A stretch of 63,363 bases of DNA, counting the filler. It is 5 parts of 5 records of this genome, joined end to end, with 100 filler letters (N's around TTAATTAATTAA, not from the genome) between each part and the next. Parts side by side here need not be neighbours in the genome. Positions count along the whole stretch, not along the records: positions 1 to 16,213 come from SRR20825019_1862; positions 16,314 to 37,694 come from SRR20825019_1865; 3 more parts are not named here. One strand, given 5' to 3'. The position numbers and the translations under genes are program-made. Shown here piece after piece: positions 9,524 through 20,688 of the stretch (the first letter of the stretch is position 1; each line of letters starts with the position of its first letter). The notes below the pieces were generated by a model. It was not told the origin of the DNA. It saw only the letters and a program-made list of their open reading frames with translations, and ran no database searches.

Positions 9524-11517
9524 ATGCCTACCGGAGGTGAAGCCATATGGTTTCAAATAGGTGGCGCAGGAAACGCCGTTAGCGGAAACTTCTGGTCTCT
9601 ATGTGCAGCGGAGCATGGCTTGTCATTGGCGGGTGAGCTCGTCACCAACTCTGTAGAAGAGTCTCAGAAGAGGCATGCATTCTTTCAGGAGGGTTCGGAC
9701 GGTATGGCTAACGATATTGTGGCTATGGGTCGCTTTGGCTAACTGTTGTTTAGGCACTTACACCCCACGCTGCATTGCTGTCGACTTTGATAAGGCATCC
9801 TTGGAAGATCTTGGTAACCAGCATAAGTTCTTAAGTAATGAGCGCATCAGTCACGTAGCGGGCGAAGGGAAAACAAATCTTGACTACATGCAAACGAAAA
9901 CTCGCGTTGGTCCTGAGCTCTCGGCCCCCCTAAAAGAGGCTTACAGAAAAGCAGCTGAGAGGTGTGACAGGGTTAAGAGTGTGAACCTTTGCTACAGTTC
10001 TCCAGGAGGAACTGGCGGGCCGGTTGCACAGTGCATTGATTTCGGGGATGACGGGTTGGAGTGCTCTTTCGATGGGGCTGTATTAGAGGGTAACAAGGCA
10101 GGGGTCAACCACTACATAATTGGTGCAGACTCAAAGGTTGATAGGCTATTGAGGACGCGAATGAGGAATAGTGCGTTGACAATGTACCAAAGACTTGACC
10201 CGAATTCAAACTCGACCGTCGTCCTCTTCGACAACAGCCACTATGAGAGAACTTTGGCTAGCTCGGGAGAGGTGTTCAAGGTGTCACAGCAGGGCATGAA
10301 CTCGTTGAACAGCGCGCGCGCCCTTGGGCAGCGAAGGAGGAATAAGGGAGTGGGGTCAAAGGCGGACCCTTCATCCCGGGCGGGAAGCTTTGGAGTTAAC
10401 TTGCACGAGAAGGCCCACTTGTTGCTTGGAGACAAAATGGCAGAATACTTACAGGATAGTGTATTCCCCACGTTGGTCCCCGCATTAGAAGAGCTGCTGT
10501 ATGGAGTGAAGGATGCGTGCTTAGATTACTCTGACAGACTCTTTGGTGATCGGATGAAAACTGAAATCCCCGATGACTTTGATCCCAAAAAGTTCCTGTA
10601 CACGTATCTCAAGTCACACAACCCCTTCACCATTGCAAAGGAACGTGCTTCTTGGAACGCACTAATTGCACAGTCCATTGCCTCGGCCACCGCTCCTCTT
10701 CGCCTTCCATGCATCAACTATAACGATACCTCCTATATGCAGAAGGTATCCTTGAACGGACAGTTCCGCCTTATGAGCTGTGGATTGTGCCCTTTATTCA
10801 TAGAAGGTTAGTTACTTTCAAGAGCGAGCTTAACCTTTTAATAACCTCATTACTCTGCAGACAATATTGTGCAGTGGCCTCAGGTATTTGATTCTGAGTT
10901 CTTCCCTGCATCCAAGCCGAGTGGGCGCCGCACTTGGGGAGATACCATTGTTTCGTCGTTTTCTATGTACCGGGGCAATGATGTGAACGTTGGTGATGTA
11001 AACGAACAGTTGATGACTCTTGGAGACAAGCAAGGTACAAGTGATATAGGTTAATTTGTCAAATGCATCTAAAGGAATATTTCAGAGGAAAATGGAGATG
11101 TTTTCAGGAGATACGAGTTCATCCCTGCGAATATGACGGGTGATGCATGCACATACGCGGCTGGTGATCAGCAAAGCAGCGTTTTCACGGTTGCTGTTTC
11201 GACTGGACTATCCAACGACTTGGAAAACTTGGCGAACGTGTTGGACACATCGCTCCGTGAAGTGGATCAACATCTTGTAAGTTGTAATGCTTGTGTGTTA
11301 CGAATGCGTTTGTTTACGACTCTTTCAGCTGAATCAGTTGGACAAAACGGGTGGGACTTCCCTTCTTACGGCAGCGAGAGGGCTTCGTGCTGAGGCCAAT
11401 AAGCTCCGCTCTTATTGCTGGAGGCCGAAGATCCCTGGTCAATCCAATGCTGCGTCCTACAGTGAAGATGAAGCAGAGGTTGATGAGACACAGAACGGTG
11501 TTGAGGTTGGCGTGTAA
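9524..11517 (+). CDS. Highly divergent tubulin-family protein with an inserted Dpy-30/RIIa-like D/D motif; 5 exons
   Basis: Exons 9524-9701, 9754-10806, 10861-11034, 11086-11276, 11329-11517 (all GT-AG). Collinear tubulin motifs: EAIWFQIGGAGNAVSGNFWSLCAAEHGL, FFQE..GTYTPRCIAVD, RKAAERCD, SPGGTGG, LFDN, NALIAQSIASATAPLR, MYRGNDVNVGDVN, acidic C-tail. Confidence 0.85.
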
Positions 11518-11609
11518 CGAGATCGTTTAGGCAGAAATAAACCTTGTTTGTTTGCTTGCCGCAATTATAATTAATTAATCACAAGAATATCGAAAGTTAG
11601 TGAACTGGT

Positions 11610-11960
11610 CAGAAGAGGGCCGCCGGACAAGCGATTCTGCCCACGGGAGTGACGGGGAGCCCCCACGGCGATCATCCAGACCGCCGGGTGGCCGGCCGAC
11701 CGGCGCAGTCCGGCGGTCGGCAATCCGGCGTGCCCAATCAATTTGAACTGAACGGCGCCCCCAAAAATTTTTGGGGCCGCCGGTCCGCCGTCCGGAGAGT
11801 GCGGGTATGGTCCCGGGGCCGCCGCGACGCGGTGCCAGGCCCGGCCCGCCGGCCGCTTCAGTTTTGCCGCCCCGCACTGCATGTTCGGCTGGATGGGAGG
11901 GGTTTTGCGGGCGAGGCGGCCGGGCCGCCGGTTACATGCTGTCCGCCGACGGATTCTGAG
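11610..11960. promoter_or_regulatory. GC-rich island upstream of the gene at 12138, containing a 30-bp palindrome
   Basis: Composition; CGGCGCCCCCAAAAATTTTTGGGGCCGCCG at 11753-11782. Confidence 0.45.
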
Positions 11961-12137
11961 CAAAAGCCATTCTTGCCGTAGTGTCTCAACATGTAGCGGA
12001 CAGTCTAGCTAGGCCCTAGCAGCTCGTCAGTGTTGTGAAGCCCATGTGAAGCCTTTCAGATCGCCTTCTAAGAACTCTCTCTCTCATCATATATTGGTAC
12101 TGTTTTTTACCAAACACCACGTGTGCGAGCGTTAGGC

Positions 12138-13428
12138 ATGCCAGTGTCTGGAGGCGCCGCACCTGGCCGCGTAGTCCGGTTGCCGTCCAACTCCAGCGGC
12201 GACTCGGCTAAGAAAACGGTTGTGAAGATTCCTGCGTCAGCAAGATCGGAACCCGAAAAACAACCACCTGCAGTGTCAAACAAGGGCCCCCGCATATCAT
12301 GGAGAGAAGATAAGTACGTGCTTTTGCAGGTTGCCATAGGAATATGCTGAACTGTGAGTAGGTACCATGTTGTTCTAGGAAAACCGAAGAACCTGTATGG
12401 CACGAAGCCTCAGGTGGCCACTGTAGTTCCGGAAAAGCGCCCGGTTGTAAAGGCGGAAGTGAAAGTAGTTAACAGCGCAGGCGGGAGCCAGGAGGTTCCT
12501 ATTCAGCAAGCTGCGCCTAGTTCCGGGATCACAAAGAGCAAAGGTGAAACTGTATTTTATTTAAACTGGTGAAGGGGTTTGCTGACACCACTTGCAGTTG
12601 TCTTGGGAGGTCAAGGGCCAAAAACCCCTCAAACAGGGCCAACTGAAAAGAAGGTCGTCACCATTCCTAAGCATGTAATTTCTCCTCAGCTGAAACCTGA
12701 AGATCCTCCGAAAGCACCAAGGGTTGCATGGCCGGATCAAAAGTACAAAATCACACCGGGCAAGCCAAAGGATCTATATGGCCGCTTAAACGAACGGAAG
12801 GTGTGTTTGTTGCAGAGGGGGGTTGCTCATGGTCCCTGAAAGAGAGTATTTCAGAGTGAACAGGCAGCTATCGATGCGGGGAAGGTAGTTGAAAAGGATG
12901 GGTAGGTAGAGCTAGTGCCGAAGAATGTTGTGGTATCAACCCTTACCCAGGGTAAAAATTGTCAAGGGAAAACCTAGGAATCTGTACCAAAAGGGAAAAT
13001 CAGTTTCTGCACCTGAACCGTGTGCCATTTGTTTTCATATGCCGTGATAGAATTACTGATCAGTTTTCTCAGCATTCATGATAGGCTAAGTGTCGACGGA
13101 GGGATCAGCACCAAAGATCTCAAGTCTAGTAGGGGCGGCCTCAGTGCAAGGCCCTCGAGTGGAACAAAGGAGGGAGGTCGATCCATTAAGGATCGGTTGG
13201 GGGAGAATTCAGCGAAGAACGCCAATCAGGTTAAGCGCAAGTTTAGTGATGGGCAGCAGAAGCGTAAACGCTCTGATGGGGACGGCAATAGCTCCGCCGG
13301 CTTTTCATCTGTGGTATGTTGGCCTGTTGTTCTAAACACTTGCCTTCGCTAAATATCACATACAGGATGTTCCACTGGAGGCGCTAATCGTAGGTAACAA
13401 CAAAAAGAAGCGTCGTTCTTTTGGTTAA
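12138..13428 (+). CDS. Hypothetical basic, Pro/Lys-rich multi-exon protein with three GKP[KR][ND]LY repeats
   Basis: About six short GT-AG introns join the ORF fragments in frame; ends KKKRRSFG* (NLS-like). Confidence 0.6.
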
Positions 13429-13506
13429 AAGATTTCGTTGCTCTCCTTGACCGAAATATTTTTGTTTGGCGTGTGTTCACACGTGTAAGGATTGGTTGCT
13501 TGGTGA

Positions 13507-15295
13507 TTATTCCGGATCCACTCGCATCGGTGAAGTGCTGCTTGACTCAGACACGCGGGCGACTAACCACTCAGAGGAAATTTGCGGCGCGTGAGCATCG
13601 CATGTTAGCAGTGCACCGTTTCCTTTGCTGCCAAGGAACGTTTGCCCTCCGCTATCCATGGCAAACCGAACCTAGACCGGCATCAGAAGACATTCGAAGA
13701 GCTACATTGGTCATCATCAATACATACCACACCGCCACTTTGAACCCAGAAGAACACCGTTGCATCTTTACCAAGCTTGGTTAAATTATGCCTAACAGGA
13801 TTCATATTTAGATACCCTCCTGCATTCTTGTTAGGAATTGACAACAGCCCCAGTGGAGTTTAACGACAAACCTCCGTGTGAACTCCAAAGCACAACTGGA
13901 TTTCCAACATCAATGTGTGTAGTATCCGTAGGCTCCATCGGGTTTATCAACACCCACTCCTCTGCGAAAGACGGGTACGTTCCTCTAGCCGCAACCCCCT
14001 TTCCATAACCATCACCATCGGACAGGTATTGTTGATTCATAAGGCAAACCAGGGTGACCACCTCATGGTAAACAAAACTGCTTTGGGTTGGCACCATATC
14101 GCCACGTGAAAGTTTGAGTCGAGTGCTTTCTGCCAATGCCTTATCTTGCCCTCGGAGAGCCTGCAGATGCACTTGCCGTTCGAGTTCTCGAGTATTAGTA
14201 ATGGACTTCCGCGCGTTGGCCTTAATCCTATCGAGCTCGAGAGCATCCTTTAGGCCGTTCGGATTCGAAGAGACAACCCCAACAACGCCAGGTGCTGTCG
14301 TGTTGTGGCCATCCAAGACAACTGTCGGACTCGGAGAATCCTTTGCTGCTGCATCCTGAGCGCGCTGCAACACCTTAGAGGATTCTGACGGGACCACATT
14401 ACTATGTTGAACAAAATCGGCCACACGATGTTCACCGGACTCCCACGGTGGAGTTGATGGCCTGTCTTCTATTGTGGCCTTGAGGTCCCTCGATGTGCTG
14501 CAGTAGTTGCTTCCTGACTTCTGCCTATTCATCTGGTTCTGCAGCTCAATCCAAACAATATCCTCAAACTGCCATGGCTCAAGCACGTAGTCCCAGACCT
14601 GGAGATGACACAATAGTCCAGAGAGATAATTCTTCCACCGGTGGTCCGTGTTGCAGCACCTCCAATTTGTCACATCCGGAAATCGACCATAGTTTGGCTG
14701 CCACTCTACTTGTCCTACAAGGTTGTCTCCATGACTTTCCGGCAAGTACAAACGAGCGACTCCATCCGATACCGTAATCACGACAATGTAATGTTGATGG
14801 GGAGACGCACGCACCCCAAAGGAGGGCGTGCCATCCTTGCAAGTGTTTCCAATCCACCACTCCATATTCTTCAATGCCACTCGAAAGCCCCCACAACTTC
14901 CCTTTATCCCACGAACCAATATGTCCTGAAAACCATTCGGGACCTCTTCATCCAACCGCAGGAAAAAGCTCACGGTAAAACTCGGAAAGAACCTATCGGG
15001 AGGCGACATCTTAAACTGACCAGTGGTGTCACGAGTCAATGGCTAGCGAAACGCGTTTAGTTAAGTTAGGATATGAATGAGTGCACACAACTTCTTTACA
15101 TACATCGTACTGCCATTCACCCACAGCTGGAAGAGGCGGGGTGTTTCCACGAATTTCGCCTCCTTTGCGTTGCAGCTCTTCATCATTAACAAGGGCCGAT
15201 TCTCGAGATGGAGTAATAGTGGGATCATTGCGAGCAGCGGCAAAGGCGAGCACCGCTAAAAGGAATAGCGAACAACCAAAGAGACGGTATCCCAT
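13507..15295 (-). CDS. Secreted protein with LamG/concanavalin-like domain and C-terminal beta-trefoil (fascin-like) region, ~4 exons
   Basis: Signal peptide MGYRLFGCSLFLLAVLAFAAA; SFTVSFFLR...HYIVVITVSDGVARLY...GLLCHLQVWDYVL LamG pattern; introns near 15040-15100, 13820-13870, 13670-13725. Confidence 0.6.
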
Positions 15296-15439
15296 GCTGC
15301 CGATTTCTTTTTTACCGTATTCCACTAAAGACTCTCTTTTGGATGTGCAGCTACAAAAACAAGTGCCTTTTATACGGAGCGCGCGGGGTTTGGGGTGGCT
15401 ACAAGAGCTGCGACACAAGTCTAGAGTGAGTGGGGGTTC

Positions 15440-16213
15440 GGGAGCACCTGTTCCGGGGTCGTGCCCAGTGGCCGCTTTCGTGTCACAGCCTGGCGCCGGC
15501 CGTGCCAGTGAGTGTGACCCGGGGCCGGGGAAGCCGCCGGTCATAACGCACCGGATAGCTAGTTGGGTCGTTCAGTCGGCGACAGCGCACCGGCGGCCCG
15601 GTTGTTGTTGCCCGGCCAAGATGGGCCACGACCCCGGCACTCACTGCACCGGCAGCACCGGCGGGCGGGTACGGATTCGGAAGCGAAATCTTACCTACGA
15701 CCTCTCTATTCTATCTCCTATAGTATCTCGAATCTCGAGATGAAATTTGACAAGCGGTTGACACAATGTAGCAGTTGATTACTGACTTTGCTGCGGTGGT
15801 GCACCAGCGGCACGGGCGACCCTGACCGACCTGGGGAGTATTGCCGGCGGGCGACACTGGAGGAGGGCGACAAGGCCGGGACCATCACGCCGTCGTCCGG
15901 TCCCGGCAGCGGCGGCACGCCGGCGCCGTGCGGGCGCCCGGCGCACCGGCCACAACAGTGTGGGCACGGCGGAGGATGGAACTGCTTCCGAGCCGTAGGG
16001 TGGCGTGCCAGCCGGAGACCGGATCCGGCAGCCGGGAGACTGACACTGGCTGAGGGTTCACATCCGCGGCCAGCTAGGGTGCGACAGTCGTCCCAGGGAC
16101 ATGCACTGTCCGCGACCGTGTCGCCGGCGAGCAGCGCCATCCGGCAGCCCCCGGCTCACCCCGGCCGCTGGCCGCCGGTTAGGTGGCGCCGGGAGGGGGG
16201 GGGGGGGGGGGGG
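15440..16213. promoter_or_regulatory. GC-rich island upstream of the LamG gene, ending in a 19-G run at the contig end
   Basis: Composition and position 5' of the ATG at 15295. Confidence 0.4.
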
Positions 16214-16313
16214 NNNNNNNNNNNNNNNNNNNNNNNNNNNNNNNNNNNNNNNNNNNNTTAATTAATTAANNNNNNNNNNNNNNNNNNNNNNNNNNNNNNN
16301 NNNNNNNNNNNNN
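16214..16313. other. Artificial contig linker
   Basis: N44-TTAATTAATTAA-N44, stops in all six frames. Confidence 0.98.
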
Positions 16314-17279
<966 letters not shown>

Positions 17280-17469
17280 GTCTCTCGGCGTCCCCTGTTT
17301 ACCCATGTCCCTGTTCATCGCGCCATTAGCGGTTAGCGTCTTGATTGTTGCTTCATCCTATAACGATGGCTCGTGCCAGCGGCAATGCTGCAATGCGCAA
17401 TCCGCGCTGGTGATAGCCTCACCGAGCCGGGCTAGCTTAGGCGTCACACATCTTTCGCGAGCCAACGCC

Positions 17470-18015
17470 ATGACGGCAACAGAGAAACTGGACACCATCG
17501 AAATCAGGGCCGCCACCGCCGGGGAAGCCGTCGAGATTGCCCGCTTTCACGTAAAAATCTGGCGCGAGACCTACAAGGACATGGCGCCGGAAGAAGCCGT
17601 GCGCGTGCTGAATGAAGACCGCCGCCTGCCCGGCTGGATCGAGACCCTCTCCTCGACCGACGACCGGAAGAATACGCTGCTCGCCCTCAGCGGCGGCACG
17701 ATTGTCGGTCTGGTCAGCTATGGGCCTCCAGCATCCGAAATCTTCGGCGACAGGGGGGAGATCAAGCATCTCTATGTCGACGGCAGCCAGCGCGGCCGGG
17801 GCCTCGGACGGCGTCTGCTCAAACAGGCCTTTCAACGGATGGGAGAGGCCGGCTTCAACGGCGTCGGCCTGTCCGTGGTCACAGAAAACATAGCGGCACG
17901 GCGTTTCTACAAATCCCTTGGAGGAGTGGAGCACGCCGAATTCCAGGACCCCGGACCGATCTGGAAATCCAGCAACATCCTTGTCGTATGGCCCGCCGAA
18001 ACCGGAGCACGCTGA
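17470..18015 (+). CDS. GNAT family N-acetyltransferase
   Basis: WRETY, GEIKHLYV..QRGRGLG, NIAARRFYKSLGG. Confidence 0.9.
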   Translation: MTATEKLDTIEIRAATAGEAVEIARFHVKIWRETYKDMAPEEAVRVLNEDRRLPGWIETLSSTDDRKNTLLALSGGTIVGLVSYGPPASEIFGDRGEIKHLYVDGSQRGRGLGRRLLKQAFQRMGEAGFNGVGLSVVTENIAARRFYKSLGGVEHAEFQDPGPIWKSSNILVVWPAETGAR

Positions 18016-18185
18016 CGGAAAAATCGTGCCGGGCCAAGACCATCCGAAGCCGTTAAGGCCACCCGCGCCCATGACCGGCAAGGCAGCAATGCGCAATCAG
18101 CGCTGGTAGAAAATGCGCTGGGGCATATCCTGACAGCCTTCCGAAGGTAATGGACATGGCGCGCCGAGCGTCTGCAGATTCCCAA

Positions 18186-19166
18186 ATGGCGCTCGCCTCC
18201 CCATCGCTGTCTTCCCGCTTCTCTGCCCTGTCACCGAACACGCAAGGCGCGCTCTGGATTGTCGTCTCCTGCGTGCTGTTTTCCATCATGCAGGCGGAGG
18301 TAAAGCTACTCGGCGAGCGGCTGGACACTTTCCAGATTGCCTTTTTCCGATGCGCCTTCGGGCTGATCGTCATCCTGCCTTTCATGGCCAAGGCCGGCCC
18401 GGCCGTGTTCAGGACAGAGCGCCCGCTCGCCCATTTGCTGCGTGGTTGCCTCGGCGCCGGGGCCATGTCCTGCGGCTTCTATTCCGTGACCCACATGCCG
18501 CTGGCCGACGCGACAGCCATCAGCTTCGCCAAGCCGCTCTTCATGATCGTGCTGGCCGTGCTGTTCCTGAACGAGCAGGTCCGCTGGCGGCGCTGGACGG
18601 CAACCGCCGTCGGCTTCGTCGGCGTGCTCATCATGGTCCGGCCCGGCTCCTCCGAGATCGGCTTTGCCGCCGGTGTCGCCCTGCTCGGCACGCTGTTTGT
18701 CGCGCTTGTCGTGGTGGTGGTGAAGAAACTCAGCACGACGGAATCCCCACTCACCATTCTCTTCAGCTTCGGCATCATCTCGACCGCGATCATGACCATT
18801 CCGGCCATCCTGGTCTGGCAGCAGCCAACCTGGACCGAGATGGGGATGATGCTCGCCGTCGGCGCTCTCGGCTCCGCCGGGCAGGCCTGCGCGGTCAAGG
18901 GCTTCAAGATCGGCGAGGCAACGGCGGTGGTGCCGTTCGACTATTCCCGGCTGATCTTCGCGGGCTTCATCGGTTTCTGGCTATTCGGCGATATTCCGGG
19001 ACTGCATACGCTGGGCGGTGCCGCGCTGATCGTCACCTCGACGCTCTACATCGCCCGCCGCGAGGCAAAGCTCGGCAAGACGCCAATACGCAACAAGACC
19101 GATCATCATCCGGTTGTGCTGGTTGGTGACGAAAAGCCGGACAATATCGAAACGAATGCCCGCTAG
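18186..19166 (+). CDS. DMT/EamA family transporter
   Basis: About 10 TM segments, QIAFFR, LADATAISF..PLF, PFDYSRL; start could be 18150 or 18156. Confidence 0.9.
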   Translation: MALASPSLSSRFSALSPNTQGALWIVVSCVLFSIMQAEVKLLGERLDTFQIAFFRCAFGLIVILPFMAKAGPAVFRTERPLAHLLRGCLGAGAMSCGFYSVTHMPLADATAISFAKPLFMIVLAVLFLNEQVRWRRWTATAVGFVGVLIMVRPGSSEIGFAAGVALLGTLFVALVVVVVKKLSTTESPLTILFSFGIISTAIMTIPAILVWQQPTWTEMGMMLAVGALGSAGQACAVKGFKIGEATAVVPFDYSRLIFAGFIGFWLFGDIPGLHTLGGAALIVTSTLYIARREAKLGKTPIRNKTDHHPVVLVGDEKPDNIETNAR

Positions 19167-19172
19167 TCCGGC

Positions 19173-19670
19173 CTAGAATGACCCGGCCATGCCGCTTGCC
19201 ACTGCATTGGCGAGTGCGATCAGCACGAAGATCGTCAGCCACTTCCGCAGCTTTGCGTACCATTCCGGCAAGAACCCGGCATGACAGGCGCGCACATCGA
19301 TGAAATAGGCGAGCGTGACCCCGAGCGCGATCAGTACCAGCCCTAAAAACGGCCCAAGCAATGTGGCGATCCAGGCGATCAGTGCCGGCACCACGCTCCA
19401 GCCGTAACGGGCCCAGGCCGCCCGGTCCATTTCCTCTTCATCTTCTTCCCGCGCCTCTTCCAGCTCGCCCTGCCACATGGCGGCACCCCAATGCACGGCG
19501 CCAAGGAAAGAGAGGATCGCCGCGCCATAGGTGATCAGGCTGTCGATCAGCACATAGCCATAGAGCGGGTCCGTCAGCCAGATCGGCAGGGAAATCACAT
19601 AGAACGGAATAAGGCCGCCAAGACCGAGGATCAGGGCGGGGCGGGGCACGTCTTGGAAGGTCGGCAGCAT
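19173..19670 (-). CDS. DUF3429 family membrane protein
   Basis: LGLGGLIPF, YGAAILSFLGAVHWG, PEWYAKLR; AAGGA RBS before the ATG. Confidence 0.85.
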   Translation of the reverse strand: MLPTFQDVPRPALILGLGGLIPFYVISLPIWLTDPLYGYVLIDSLITYGAAILSFLGAVHWGAAMWQGELEEAREEDEEEMDRAAWARYGWSVVPALIAWIATLLGPFLGLVLIALGVTLAYFIDVRACHAGFLPEWYAKLRKWLTIFVLIALANAVASGMAGSF

Positions 19671-19793
19671 CGCGGCTGATTCCTTTGCCGCGCTGGACGC
19701 GCGGGTTGCTTTCGGTTTCACTGCGCCCCGTTATACCGTTCAAGCATCCGGCCAGCAAAGGCCGGACCCGAAAGCACCGGAGGAAACAGGAAC

Positions 19794-20555
19794 ATGCAGG
19801 TTCAGGGGCAAGCCGCGATCGTCACGGGCGGCGGCAGCGGGCTCGGCGCAGGCACCGCGCGGGTACTGGCAGCGGCAGGCGCGAAGGTCGCACTGTTCGA
19901 CGTCAATGAAGAGGGCGCACAGAAAGTCGCGGCCGAAATCGGCGGCATTGCCGTTCCGTGCGATGTTTCCGACGCGGCTTCCGCCGAAGCAGCCATCGCC
20001 ACAGCCCGCGACGCCCATGGCCCGGCCCGTATCCTGGTGAATTGCGCCGGTATCGCGCCCGCCGAACGCATCGTCGGCCGGAACGGCCCGATGCCGCTCG
20101 ACAATTTCCGCAAGGTCATCGAGGTGAACCTGATCGGCACCTTCAACATGATGCGCCTCGCCGCCGCCGACATGCAGGGCACGGACCCGCTGGATGACGG
20201 GGAGCGCGGCATCGTCATCTCCACCGCCTCCGTCGCCGCTTTCGAAGGCCAGATCGGCCAGAGCGCCTATGCCGCATCGAAGGGCGGCGTGCATGCGCTG
20301 ACTATCGTCGGCGCCCGCGAATTCGCCAAGGCGGGCATCCGCTTCAACACCATCGCGCCAGGCCTGTTCGGCACCCCAATGCTGCTCGGCATGCCCCAGG
20401 ACGTGCAGGACAGCCTCGCCGCCACCGTACCCTACCCCTCCCGTTTCGGCACGCCAGAGGAATACGCGAAACTGGCGATGGCGATGATCGACAATGTCAT
20501 GCTGAACGGCGAAACGGTGCGGTTAGACGGCGCTATTCGGATGCAGCCACGGTAA
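19794..20555 (+). CDS. SDR, 3-hydroxyacyl-CoA dehydrogenase type 2 (HSD10-like)
   Basis: TGGGSGLG, VNCAG, FEGQIGQSAYAASKGG, LNGETVRLDGAIRM. Confidence 0.93.
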   Translation: MQVQGQAAIVTGGGSGLGAGTARVLAAAGAKVALFDVNEEGAQKVAAEIGGIAVPCDVSDAASAEAAIATARDAHGPARILVNCAGIAPAERIVGRNGPMPLDNFRKVIEVNLIGTFNMMRLAAADMQGTDPLDDGERGIVISTASVAAFEGQIGQSAYAASKGGVHALTIVGAREFAKAGIRFNTIAPGLFGTPMLLGMPQDVQDSLAATVPYPSRFGTPEEYAKLAMAMIDNVMLNGETVRLDGAIRMQPR

Positions 20556-20577
20556 ACCGAGCACTGCCCACAAAATC

Positions 20578-20660
20578 CGTCATTCCCGCGCAGGCGGGAA
20601 CCCAGGTGATCGAAGAACACCGTCCGTCTTCCCTGGGTCCCTGCTTCCGCAGGGATGACG
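20578..20660. repeat. REP/RPE-like palindromic element between convergent genes
   Basis: CGTCATTCCCGCGCAGGCGGGAACCCAGG...CCTGGGTCCCTGCTTCCGCAGGGATGACG inverted pair, the GTCATTCCCGC-type repeat common in alphaproteobacteria. Confidence 0.8.
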
Positions 20661-20688
20661 ATGGAGGAAGGAAGGAGGCGGGCGAGCT

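Noticed and set aside
11570-11579. TTAATTAA resembling the linker
   Set aside because: No flanking Ns; natural AT-rich 3' region of the tubulin gene
16214-16313. Apparent eukaryote-bacterium junctions suggesting HGT
   Set aside because: All junctions are artificial N/TTAATTAATTAA linkers, so adjacency across them carries no information
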